Of a stretch of DNA of 37,626 nucleotides, positions 26,777 through 36,768 are shown piece after piece (within the stretch, counting starts at the first letter, position 1; each line of letters opens with the position of its first letter). A program made the translations under genes and the position numbers. The stretch is taken from contig CAZXCT010000004.1 of NCBI GenBank assembly GCA_964639395.1, positions 1-37,626 on the forward strand, given 5' to 3'. Source of the stretch: an uncultured Bifidobacterium sp. GTDB lineage: Bacteria > Actinomycetota > Actinomycetes > S36-B12 > UBA5976. A model generated the notes under the pieces. The model did not search any database. It was not told the origin of the DNA and worked only from the letters and a program-made list of their open reading frames with translations.

Positions 26777-28380
26777 CGCACACTTTCAGGTGTAGTAAAG
26801 ACTTCATCCGTGCTAAAGCTGGTATTAATTTGATATGTTGCATCATCATCAAAACCCAAAATCAAAGGAGATTGCAATACTTCCTGCTGAGTTTCACGAG
26901 GCAAGGTGAGTCTGAACATTGCGCCTTTATCCGGTACACCGGTTGCGTCAATCCAACCTCGATGTAACTTTGCATCTTCTAAGGCAATAGATAGCCCCAA
27001 GCCAGTACCACCCCCCGCGCGTGTCCGAGCTGGATCAGATCTAAAAAATCTATTAAAAATCAATTTTGTTTCTTCTGGCTTGAGTCCTTGACCAAAATCT
27101 CTAACTACCATGGCGACCGCAAATTGATTTGAGCCAAAAGTAATTTCTATTGGATTGCCTGCCCCATACTCAATGGCATTAGATAATAAGTTTCTAATAA
27201 TTCTTTCAATTCTGCGCGAGTCAGCTAGCACGTCAGGTACTTCTCCTGAGATTTTTAACGGTGAGTTTTGCTTTTGAATTAATCCACTTAATGAGTCGGC
27301 AACTTGATTTGTGATAACTGAAAGACTTACCTGACTCAATTCCAGCTCTGCTACTTTTGCATCAAATCGACTAATCTCTAATAGTTCGTTAAGTAAAGAT
27401 TCAAAACGTTCAAGCTGATTAGAAAGTAATTCAGCACTTCTTGCTACCTCACCCTCATAATTTCCTCTTGCCTCATAAAGAACATCTGCCGCCATTCGAA
27501 CAGTCGTTAATGGCGTTCTCAACTCATGGGAAACGTCTGAGACGAATCGGCGCTGCATGCTAGATAGTTGCTCGAGTTGCATAATTTGTGCCTGTAAAGA
27601 TTCGGCCATTGAATTAAAAGAAAGAGAAAGCGTCGCTAGATCGTCTTCCCCAAAGACGGGAACACGCACACTTAACAGGCCAAGGCGAAGCTTTTCAGCC
27701 GCTTGCGCAGCGGTGCGTACTGGTCGTAAAACCTCCCCGGTTACATAACTAACCACTCCGACCAGTAGAAATACCAACAGAAAGCCGATAAAAATTACGG
27801 CTGATTGCACAATTGCCAATGTCTGTTGCTCTTGCGTTAATGGAAACAGTAAAAACAGTAGGTAACTATCAAGGCCTACCACTGAAATCGGTGCACCATA
27901 AATTAATCCTGGTACTTCTCGACCATCTAAATAATTTATCGTGCTATACATCCAATGCTGATTACTAGAATTCGCTACTTTATTTTTCAGTTCATTTGAA
28001 ATACTAGAAACTGCAACCAAATTTGTACCACGTTCTGGTGAGCCAGTGGACTCCTCGCTTTGAGAAAGTAGCAGTATTTCGTACAAGCCTGCTTGGCCAG
28101 CACGAATTGCTAAAGACGAAACTATGGTGTCAGCAATTAAACTTGAATTCACCGATCCAGTATCGGTTGCAGTTGCAATTCGTTGTGCCTCGCTGAATGC
28201 AGATTTTGCCTCAGTTGAAGTTTGGGTTTCTTTTCCGGTTAATACCCCACTAGAAATACGACTTAGTAATAGCCAACCTAGCAAGGTAATGACTAGCAAT
28301 GAAGTTATAAATGTTGTTGCAGAAACTCTGAACTGTAAAGATTGACGCCAAAATATTTTTGCGTCTTTTATAAATTTCAC
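26773..28380 (-). CDS. mtrB: sensor histidine kinase MtrB
   Basis: Two TM segments, HAMP, H-box 'SHELRTPLT', N-box 'LLSNAIEYG' and G-box 'GGTGLGLSI'. It overlaps mtrA by 4 bp. Confidence 0.9.
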   Translation of the reverse strand: MKFIKDAKIFWRQSLQFRVSATTFITSLLVITLLGWLLLSRISSGVLTGKETQTSTEAKSAFSEAQRIATATDTGSVNSSLIADTIVSSLAIRAGQAGLYEILLLSQSEESTGSPERGTNLVAVSSISNELKNKVANSSNQHWMYSTINYLDGREVPGLIYGAPISVVGLDSYLLFLLFPLTQEQQTLAIVQSAVIFIGFLLVFLLVGVVSYVTGEVLRPVRTAAQAAEKLRLGLLSVRVPVFGEDDLATLSLSFNSMAESLQAQIMQLEQLSSMQRRFVSDVSHELRTPLTTVRMAADVLYEARGNYEGEVARSAELLSNQLERFESLLNELLEISRFDAKVAELELSQVSLSVITNQVADSLSGLIQKQNSPLKISGEVPDVLADSRRIERIIRNLLSNAIEYGAGNPIEITFGSNQFAVAMVVRDFGQGLKPEETKLIFNRFFRSDPARTRAGGGTGLGLSIALEDAKLHRGWIDATGVPDKGAMFRLTLPRETQQEVLQSPLILGFDDDATYQINTSFSTDEVFTTPESVR

Positions 28381-29045
28381 GGACCTGCCTTGTACCCTAC
28401 GCCTCTAACGGTCATAACAATTTTTGGATTGTCAGGATCTTGTTCAATTTTTGCCCGCAACCTTTGCACATGAACGTTTACTAATCTGGTATCAGCCGGA
28501 TGGCGATAGTTCCAAACGTCAGTAAGCAATTGCTCTCGAGTGAAAACTTGCCATGGTTTTTTTGCTAAGGCGACTAATAAATCAAACTCCAGTGGGGTAA
28601 GAGATATTTCTAAACTATTTCTCAATACTTTGTGCCCAGCAATATCGATAACTAAATCACCGAGATTCAAGGTGGTAGCAACGATTGGCTCGTTGCGTAA
28701 ACGTGCTTTTACTCGGGCAATCAATTCTTTGGGTTTGAATGGTTTAACTATGTAATCATCCGCACCAGATTCGAGACCATGCACAATGTCTAAAGTGTCA
28801 CCTTTAGCGGTTAGCATCACAATCGGAACGCCAGATTCGTTTCTAATTGCTCTACAAACTTCAATCCCATCTTTACCAGGAAGCATTAAATCTAATAAAA
28901 TCAAATCAGGCTTGTGGGTGCGAAAAGCCGAAACGGCTTTGCTTCCGTCTTCGCAAAATTGGGTTTGATAACCTTCAGCGCGCAATACAATTCCCAGCAT
29001 TTCAGAAAGAGCTAAGTCGTCATCTATAACTAAAACTTGTGCCAT
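28377..29045 (-). CDS. mtrA: OmpR-family response regulator MtrA
   Basis: Receiver domain 'LILLDLMLPGKDG' and 'MLTAKG', winged-helix tail 'TVRGVGYK'. Confidence 0.92.
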   Translation of the reverse strand: MAQVLVIDDDLALSEMLGIVLRAEGYQTQFCEDGSKAVSAFRTHKPDLILLDLMLPGKDGIEVCRAIRNESGVPIVMLTAKGDTLDIVHGLESGADDYIVKPFKPKELIARVKARLRNEPIVATTLNLGDLVIDIAGHKVLRNSLEISLTPLEFDLLVALAKKPWQVFTREQLLTDVWNYRHPADTRLVNVHVQRLRAKIEQDPDNPKIVMTVRGVGYKAGP

Positions 29046-29101
29046 AGTTGTGAATTTTCACTCCTCTCGTAACATGGTGGTATTGGAGGTCAACTAAGTC
29101 T

Positions 29102-30034
29102 ATGGAGCCCGCATTTATTGAGATTAGACCCTTAAGAATAACTGAGATTGTGGCTGCGGCACTGAAATCTCTGGTTAAAAATCCTGCCGCGACTATTGGA
29201 TTGTCGTTGAACTTTGCCATCTTTTTAGGATTAGCAGCTTTAGCCGCTCTGCTGATTTTGCCACCCGATCAGCAGTTCATGGCAAGAGTGAACGAACTGG
29301 CGGCTGGTGAGCAAATCAACAATGAACAGGTTGAACTACTCGTGAGCGAATTGGTACCCGCCGTTACCACTGTGTTAATTTTGACGCTACTTTTTTATGT
29401 AATTCAAATACTGCTCGTTGGAGTGCTTAGCCCAGTAATAGGATTTTTAGTCACTGGCACCAAACTTTCTGCCAATGAAGCATGGATGCGAGTTAAGCCT
29501 CAAGTCTCAAAATTACTAGCCCTAGCTGTGGTAATAATTTTAATTCAAATTACTCTGCTAGTTGCACCGACAATAATCGTAGTATTAATTTCAAGCATTT
29601 TACCTGGCAGTTTTGCAAGTATTTTGCTTTCAATCTCACTATTTGCTGGTTTAATTCTGCTTATTGTTAGCTGGACCAGCCTACTATTAGCACCCAGTGT
29701 TTTAGTTTTTGAAAATTCAACTATAAGAAATGCGCTGGTGCGTTCAAGACAACTTACAAAAAGGAATTTTGCAAGAATTTTTTTTGGGGCGTTTTGGGCT
29801 TCACTAATCGCTCAGGCATTGGCTTTAATTATTCAAATTCCTTTCTCATTGATTAAGTCCGATAACCCAGCAGAAATATCAACACTATCTGTCTTTTTAG
29901 ATACAATCGGCACAATTATTGGCTATAGCGTGCTGCTACCTTTCTTTGCAAGTTTTATTATTTTGCTTTATACCGACCAACGAATTAGACATGAAAATTT
30001 GTCGCAAAATCTTAAATCGGCATTGGGCCAGTAG
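29102..30034 (+). CDS. polytopic membrane protein (resembles the 'GDPD membrane domain'/DUF975-like actinobacterial family)
   Basis: 'IRPLRITEIVAAALKSLVKNPAATIGLSL' N-terminus, about 6 TM segments, GGAGG upstream. The family call is tentative. Confidence 0.55.
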   Translation: MEPAFIEIRPLRITEIVAAALKSLVKNPAATIGLSLNFAIFLGLAALAALLILPPDQQFMARVNELAAGEQINNEQVELLVSELVPAVTTVLILTLLFYVIQILLVGVLSPVIGFLVTGTKLSANEAWMRVKPQVSKLLALAVVIILIQITLLVAPTIIVVLISSILPGSFASILLSISLFAGLILLIVSWTSLLLAPSVLVFENSTIRNALVRSRQLTKRNFARIFFGAFWASLIAQALALIIQIPFSLIKSDNPAEISTLSVFLDTIGTIIGYSVLLPFFASFIILLYTDQRIRHENLSQNLKSALGQ

Positions 30035-30701
30035 TTAATATCAGAAATCCTAATGCTCCTGGTGTGTTATTAACCATATGAGCAATTATTGGAGCAGGTA
30101 ACGATTTTGTTTTAGACCTTAAGTAACCCAAGATTATTCCTGTTATAAAAATTAAAAGTATGCGTTGTGGCTCAATGTGAATCACAGAAAAAACTAAAGC
30201 AGACCCCACAATTGCAATAATTTGACTGTTAAACTGGCGCTCTAAAGCGCTAAACCACATTCCTCTAAATGCGACTTCTTCTACAAATGGCCCAACTATG
30301 GCAACTAGAAAGATAAATCCAACTAATAGCGGTAGATTGTCTTTAAATAATCCAGCGGCTTGAGCGGCGGCTGAGGTGAAATCGCCACTGAGCTCCATTT
30401 GAATTGTTGCAATAACCACACCGATAACTAAAATTATAATTCCGAAACTGATTCCGAGTGAAATATCTCTACTGCTAAATTTTAATTGAAAATCCGTTAT
30501 TGGACCATTGCCCTTAAGGTATGAAATTGCAAATGGCACAACTAGTAAGCCAATGGATTGAGCTATCAGGCTCCACATAAATGCTTCTGCCACCGGCAAA
30601 TCTAAAACGTCAGAAGATATTTTTGCTACACCAAGTGCCAGTGCTACTGCTAGTGCCAAACTAAATATCGCACTGGGAATCCCCCACTGCACTTGCTTCA
30701 T
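30012..30701 (-). CDS. CPBP-family intramembrane glutamic endopeptidase (CAAX protease/Abi type)
   Basis: Motif 1 'FVEEVAFRG', motif 2 'FSVIH', motif 3 'HMVNN'. Its ATG directly follows the ahcY stop (TAAATG). Confidence 0.8.
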   Translation of the reverse strand: MKQVQWGIPSAIFSLALAVALALGVAKISSDVLDLPVAEAFMWSLIAQSIGLLVVPFAISYLKGNGPITDFQLKFSSRDISLGISFGIIILVIGVVIATIQMELSGDFTSAAAQAAGLFKDNLPLLVGFIFLVAIVGPFVEEVAFRGMWFSALERQFNSQIIAIVGSALVFSVIHIEPQRILLIFITGIILGYLRSKTKSLPAPIIAHMVNNTPGALGFLILTTGPMPI

Positions 30702-32174
<1,473 letters not shown>

Positions 32175-32192
32175 TTATCCTTTTTTCAAGGG

Positions 32193-33230
32193 TTACAGTC
32201 TGCCATCTTTCACAAAATCAGCAACTATGGCTCGACCATTTAGCGTCAAATCCAGACTGGTGTGATCGGTCACTAATAAGGCCTCTCCGGCTGAAAGGTG
32301 CATGCTCTCTTCGTTTATACGCGCCGCAACGTTGCCAGCGAGTGCTAAAACAACCCGATATTGAGTTGTTGGCAATTTCACATCGGTATCTGAGAGGTCC
32401 AAAACTTCAAATCCGCCACCCGGTGAATACTTTGTACTCGCAGCGAACTTACTAACCGCAACATCTTTTAGTGCGGCTAAGGCGTGCGCTATTTCTAGTG
32501 GTTTGATAGTCAGACCCATCCGAAATACATTGTCTGAATTTGTCATTACTTCAATTGCAGTTCCTTTTATATATTCGTGAGGGCAACCAGCCGGAACGAA
32601 TATAGCCTCACCTGAAAGCAACTGGTGAAATTCTAATAATGAAGCAACTAAAACCCCGGCATCTGTTGGGTAGTGCGCGATTAATTCATCAAAAACTTCT
32701 ATTAAGACTTTGTCTTCACCTTGTCGAACCAAATTAATTAAAGATGAGATTTTTTCATTTAGTTGAGTTTGAGATAAGGCAAAAATTGCTTGAATTTGAT
32801 CAGACAAACTATCGCTCGCTGCTGCTATGGCTAAATTTTTTAGCAATAGAATTCGCTCCGACTTAGGCTTAACTCCGGCAAATGCCCAAACTGGTTCTAG
32901 GGCAATTAAAATTTCATCTTTTTGATTAGGGTCAGCTAGTCCAAGTTTTTCATAATTTGCTTGAGCAAAATCTTTATCTGGATGAACTTGAATTGAGAGC
33001 GGTTGGCCAATTGATAATATTTTTACGAGTATTGGTGCCGGTTGATGAATATCAACTGGTTTATTTGTTGCTAAATTTTTGCTTGGCCCGGAAGCGTGAT
33101 TTCCAAACCATAACTCCGCATGTGGTTGCACAGTAGAATCTGCCAGAAATTCTTTTAAACCGTTTTCTTTACCCCAGTGGTAGTTTTTTAAAAAACCACT
33201 AACTCTCACAACTTTGGGTTGTGCGCTCAT
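32193..33230 (-). CDS. manA: class I mannose-6-phosphate isomerase
   Basis: 'LSIQVHPDK', 'HEYIKGTAIEVMTNSDNVFRMGLT'. Conserved position next to pmm. Confidence 0.85.
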   Translation of the reverse strand: MSAQPKVVRVSGFLKNYHWGKENGLKEFLADSTVQPHAELWFGNHASGPSKNLATNKPVDIHQPAPILVKILSIGQPLSIQVHPDKDFAQANYEKLGLADPNQKDEILIALEPVWAFAGVKPKSERILLLKNLAIAAASDSLSDQIQAIFALSQTQLNEKISSLINLVRQGEDKVLIEVFDELIAHYPTDAGVLVASLLEFHQLLSGEAIFVPAGCPHEYIKGTAIEVMTNSDNVFRMGLTIKPLEIAHALAALKDVAVSKFAASTKYSPGGGFEVLDLSDTDVKLPTTQYRVVLALAGNVAARINEESMHLSAGEALLVTDHTSLDLTLNGRAIVADFVKDGRL

Positions 33231-33233
33231 TCA

Positions 33234-33428
33234 TTAGCCGCCGATGCCGTTTGGACCTGGCTCTGCTTCGTCTAGCAACATCACAGGTATTGAATCTTTT
33301 ATCGGAAATTTCGTGTCACATTTGGTGCATACAATTTTGCTTTGGTCATCACTTAACTTAACTGCTGCGTGCGAAGGACAAGGGCAAGCCAGGATTTCTA
33401 ACAACTCAGGCTTTATCGGTGTACTCAT
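33234..33428 (-). CDS. Trm112-family small zinc-ribbon protein
   Basis: 'LEILACPCP...IVCTKCDTKFPIKDSIPVMLLDEA'. 4-bp overlap with the upstream pmm gene. Confidence 0.75.
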   Translation of the reverse strand: MSTPIKPELLEILACPCPSHAAVKLSDDQSKIVCTKCDTKFPIKDSIPVMLLDEAEPGPNGIGG

Positions 33429-34819
33429 ACGGCATCCTCTCGAATTACTGCTAACACACTATCGCGAATTTTCTCTAACATTTCAACGGTCTTGGCTTCA
33501 GAATTAAATCTTAACAAAGGCTCGGTATTAGATGGACGAACATTCACCCACCAATCATTATGACTATAGGTAACTCCATCTAATTCGTCTGTACTAACCT
33601 CAAAGTTATCCTTCATGTAATCAGAAACTTTTTTTATCGTTTCGTGTGGGGATGATACTTTGGTGTTTATTTCTCCAGAAGCAAAATATCGGTTGTACTT
33701 GGCCAATATTGCAGAGATTGTTTCAGATTGATTACTTTCCCCTAATGCCGCAATTACATGCAACGCCGCTAACATTCCGCTATCGGCAAACCAAAAATCC
33801 CTGAAGTAAAAATGACCAGAATGTTCCCCGCCAAAAATAGCATTATTATCTTTCATCACTTTTTTAATAAATGAATGACCGACTCTAGTTTTAATCGGTT
33901 GGCCACCAGATTCTTGAACTACCTCGGCAACTGCTCGTGAGGTGATCAAGTTATAGATAATCGCTGCTCCCGGCTCACGTGCTAACTCGCGCGCTGCAAT
34001 CAGGGCAGTGATGGCAGAGGGCGTTATTAATTGACCCGCTTCATCAATAAAAAATGCTCGATCCGCATCGCCATCAAAGGCGATACCGAGATCTGCTTTT
34101 GCCGCTTTTACTTGCTTTTGCAAATCTACTATATTTTTTGGATCGATTGGATTAGCTTCATGATTTGGAAAGTTTCCGTCTAGCTCAAAATACATTGGGG
34201 TGATATTCAAATTTAACCCTTGCAATACTTTTGGAACAGTAAATCCACCCATGCCATTGCCGGCATCAATCACTAATTTAAGTGGTCTGATGTTTTTTAG
34301 ATCAACTAAAGAATGTAAATACTTTGCATAATCACTAGCCATCTCACGATGACTAATCGAGCCTTTTTTCTCAGAAGCTTCCATGGTGGCTGATAAAACT
34401 AAATTCTTTATTTCTGCTAATCCAGTTTGCTCACCGACCGGCGCAGCGCCCTGTTTAGCTAATTTAATTCCGTTGTATTGCGCAGGATTATGGCTGGCGG
34501 TGAACATAGCACCAGGCAAATTGAGTTTTCCTGAAGCGAAGTAAAGCCCATCTGTACTACAAAGTCCAATCATTATTACGTCGACTCCTTGGTCGCACAC
34601 CCCGCGAGCAAAAGCTTGCGCTAACGCTGGCCCAGAAGGACGCATATCGTGACCAACAACTATTTCATTTGGGCCACCAACATTGGCGCTTATTTTTAAT
34701 ACCTCGACAAAAGCACGCCCAGTGTGATAACAAAGTTCTTCGTTGATTTGTTCTGGGTAGATCCCTCGCACGTCATATGCTTTAAATATCTGGTCTAGCT
34801 CTTTAAGATTCCAGTTCAT
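33425..34819 (-). CDS. phosphomannomutase/phosphoglucomutase
   Basis: Active-site 'TASHNPAQYNGIK', metal loop 'FDGDADRAFF', sugar loop 'GGEHSGHFYF'. Confidence 0.92.
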   Translation of the reverse strand: MNWNLKELDQIFKAYDVRGIYPEQINEELCYHTGRAFVEVLKISANVGGPNEIVVGHDMRPSGPALAQAFARGVCDQGVDVIMIGLCSTDGLYFASGKLNLPGAMFTASHNPAQYNGIKLAKQGAAPVGEQTGLAEIKNLVLSATMEASEKKGSISHREMASDYAKYLHSLVDLKNIRPLKLVIDAGNGMGGFTVPKVLQGLNLNITPMYFELDGNFPNHEANPIDPKNIVDLQKQVKAAKADLGIAFDGDADRAFFIDEAGQLITPSAITALIAARELAREPGAAIIYNLITSRAVAEVVQESGGQPIKTRVGHSFIKKVMKDNNAIFGGEHSGHFYFRDFWFADSGMLAALHVIAALGESNQSETISAILAKYNRYFASGEINTKVSSPHETIKKVSDYMKDNFEVSTDELDGVTYSHNDWWVNVRPSNTEPLLRFNSEAKTVEMLEKIRDSVLAVIREDAV

Positions 34820-34829
34820 TAAGTTAATT

Positions 34830-34848
34830 CTAGTTGATATACAACTAG
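34830..34848 (-). other. perfect hairpin CTAGTTG-atata-CAACTAG filling most of the DUF3499-pmm intercistronic gap
   Basis: Read directly. It starts immediately after the DUF3499 stop and ends 10 nt before the pmm ATG, which has no obvious SD. Confidence 0.3.
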
Positions 34849-35214
34849 TTAAAATCGACTTTCTTCTTCGATGGGTGGCTGGCTAACTAGTCGCAACGCT
34901 GGGCGGGTCTCTGCCGTGGCTTGCTGTGATTGCGGTATTCGCGCCGCCTCGCGCACCGCATTTGCTAGCGCCAATAAATCATCGCTTGATGGTGTCTGTG
35001 TTTCTAGGTCAACATCTAACCTAATCAATTCCCAACCTAGCGGGGCAGTTAATTTTTGTGAATGAATCTTGCACAAGTCATAGGTATGTGGCTCAGCGAT
35101 AGCGGCAAGCGGCCCTACCACCGCAGTTGAGTCAGAATAAATATAGGTAAGGGTTGTCACTGCAGGTTTGCTACAGAGTTGACGGGTGCACTTTCTTAAG
35201 TAACTCACTTTCAC
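34849..35214 (-). CDS. DUF3499 family protein
   Basis: 'RKCTRQLCSKPAVTTLTY.Y.DSTAVVGPLA...EPHTYDLC..H...LTAP.GWELIRL' is the conserved actinobacterial pattern next to whiB2 and pmm. Confidence 0.8.
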   Translation of the reverse strand: MKVSYLRKCTRQLCSKPAVTTLTYIYSDSTAVVGPLAAIAEPHTYDLCKIHSQKLTAPLGWELIRLDVDLETQTPSSDDLLALANAVREAARIPQSQQATAETRPALRLVSQPPIEEESRF

Positions 35215-35277
35215 AGATTAGTGAAAATTCAGTGCAGATGAACTAAGGCTCGCCTTTGCGCTAAAGCTCTAAATAGT

Positions 35278-35541
35278 CTAAATCGCTTGCGAGCGTCTAA
35301 TTCTTCTTCTTTCGCGCTCACTCAAGCCGCCCCAAATACCAAATCTTTCATCATTTTTAAGTGCATAGTCCAAGCATTCAGATCTCACATCGCAAGAGAG
35401 GCATACCTTCTTCGCCTCACGCGTGGATCCCCCTTTTTCTGGAAAAAACGCCTCTGGATCGGTTTGGGCACAAAGCGCCTTTTCTTGCCAACCCATCTCG
35501 TCAACTTCTTCGTTGGCGACTAAGCGCAGAATTTCACTCAC
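35278..35541 (-). CDS. whiB: WhiB-family Fe-S transcription factor (WhiB2/WhmD-type by synteny)
   Basis: Four Cys residues (C..C-x2-C-x5-C: 'ALCAQ', 'CLSCDVRSEC'), 'GIWGG' turn, basic tail 'RERRRIRR'. GTG start with GGAGG 7 nt upstream. Confidence 0.92.
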   Translation of the reverse strand: MSEILRLVANEEVDEMGWQEKALCAQTDPEAFFPEKGGSTREAKKVCLSCDVRSECLDYALKNDERFGIWGGLSERERRRIRRSQAI

Positions 35542-35565
35542 AGAAAAGCCTCCAAAAGTTCTTTA

Positions 35566-35587
35566 GTAATTCTCTATAGAGAATTAC
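35566..35587. promoter_or_regulatory. perfect 22-bp palindrome GTAATTCTCTATAGAGAATTAC in the whiB upstream region
   Basis: Read directly. It lies 25-46 nt upstream of the whiB start and 12 nt upstream of its SD. Confidence 0.45.
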
Positions 35588-35652
35588 ACGCTTGTAAGAC
35601 CCTACTAGTCAAGTGGTTTAATCAAACAATTGGGAGTACTTTTACTTTACCC

Positions 35653-36735
35653 CTAGATTTGAGACATCTTTTCCGCATTATGAAACTCACCTGTCACCTC
35701 AAATTCGGGCCATACCTGACATTTCTCTAATCGAGCACCCGCAGCAATCTTTGCGCCGGCTCCGATTACTGAGTCTTTGATACTCACCCCGTCTGAAATC
35801 CGAGCATCGCTTGAAACGATTGAGTTTTCAATAATTACTTCTGCCCCGGTCTGAACCGATTGCATTAAAACGCTGGCCGAGATTTGATTATTCGAACCAA
35901 TCACACATCCACGAGCTAGCGTACTACCGCCGGTGATCACTGCGGTTGGACTTATTTGCGCGCTAGGATCTGCCCAGTACAAAAAGTTGTTAGATTGAAA
36001 TATTGGCGAGAAGAACCTCTCAAGAATTAAATCGCCCGCACCTTGAATAAATGACTGCGGGGTGCCTAGGTCAAGCCAATAGCAATCCTGCACATCCGCA
36101 TATACCTTAAAATCATCTCTTAAAAATTGTGGAAACACATCCCTTTCAACCGAGCTTACAATCCCTTCAGGAATTTCTTCGATAACAGATCTTTTAAAAA
36201 TGTATACTCCCGCATTAATCTGATCGGTAATTATCTCAGCGTCAGATTGTGGTTTTTCAGTAAAAGCAATCACTCTTCCATCTAGCGCGGTCGGAACTAA
36301 CCCAAAGTTTTTAGGATCTTTTACTCGTGCGAGGTAAAGGATTACATCGGCATTGTGACGATAAAAAACTTGTACTAACTGAGTTATATCAACTTGGCTG
36401 AGGATGTCTCCATTAAATATGGCAACCGGATCAGTTGGCCCGCTGATTAATTTACTTGCCGCATTTCTGATTGCACCACCCGTACCTAATGGCTCGGGTT
36501 CAAATGCGTATTCAATCTCAACCCCTAAATGGGAGCCATCGCCTAGTACTGCTTCAAAGACATCCGCTTTGTAGCTAGTGCCTAATATGATTCGATCGAT
36601 TCCATATGCTTTTGCCATAGCAATTTGATGTTGTGTCAAGGTGGCATTTACTACCGGCAACATCGGCTTGGGAACGGTCAACGTCAACGGATGTAAGCGC
36701 GTTCCCTGCCCGCCAACTAAAAGAATTGCCTCCAT
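35653..36735 (-). CDS. NDP-sugar pyrophosphorylase, mannose-1-phosphate guanylyltransferase-like (N-terminal nucleotidyltransferase plus C-terminal LbH)
   Basis: 'LLVGGQGTRLHPLTLTVPKPMLPV' and C-terminal hexapeptide repeats. Its position matches Rv3264c. Confidence 0.85.
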   Translation of the reverse strand: MEAILLVGGQGTRLHPLTLTVPKPMLPVVNATLTQHQIAMAKAYGIDRIILGTSYKADVFEAVLGDGSHLGVEIEYAFEPEPLGTGGAIRNAASKLISGPTDPVAIFNGDILSQVDITQLVQVFYRHNADVILYLARVKDPKNFGLVPTALDGRVIAFTEKPQSDAEIITDQINAGVYIFKRSVIEEIPEGIVSSVERDVFPQFLRDDFKVYADVQDCYWLDLGTPQSFIQGAGDLILERFFSPIFQSNNFLYWADPSAQISPTAVITGGSTLARGCVIGSNNQISASVLMQSVQTGAEVIIENSIVSSDARISDGVSIKDSVIGAGAKIAAGARLEKCQVWPEFEVTGEFHNAEKMSQI

Positions 36736-36768
36736 GGCAACAACTTAACTGATTGCGTTCAAGCTTGT

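Noticed and set aside
35566-35587. Interpreting the whiB palindrome as a BldD box.
   Set aside because: The BldD consensus, as I recall it, is TNAC-N5-GTNA. Here the half-sites are in the opposite arrangement (GTAA...TTAC) and 14 nt apart, so it does not fit. The palindrome is reported as an unassigned site.
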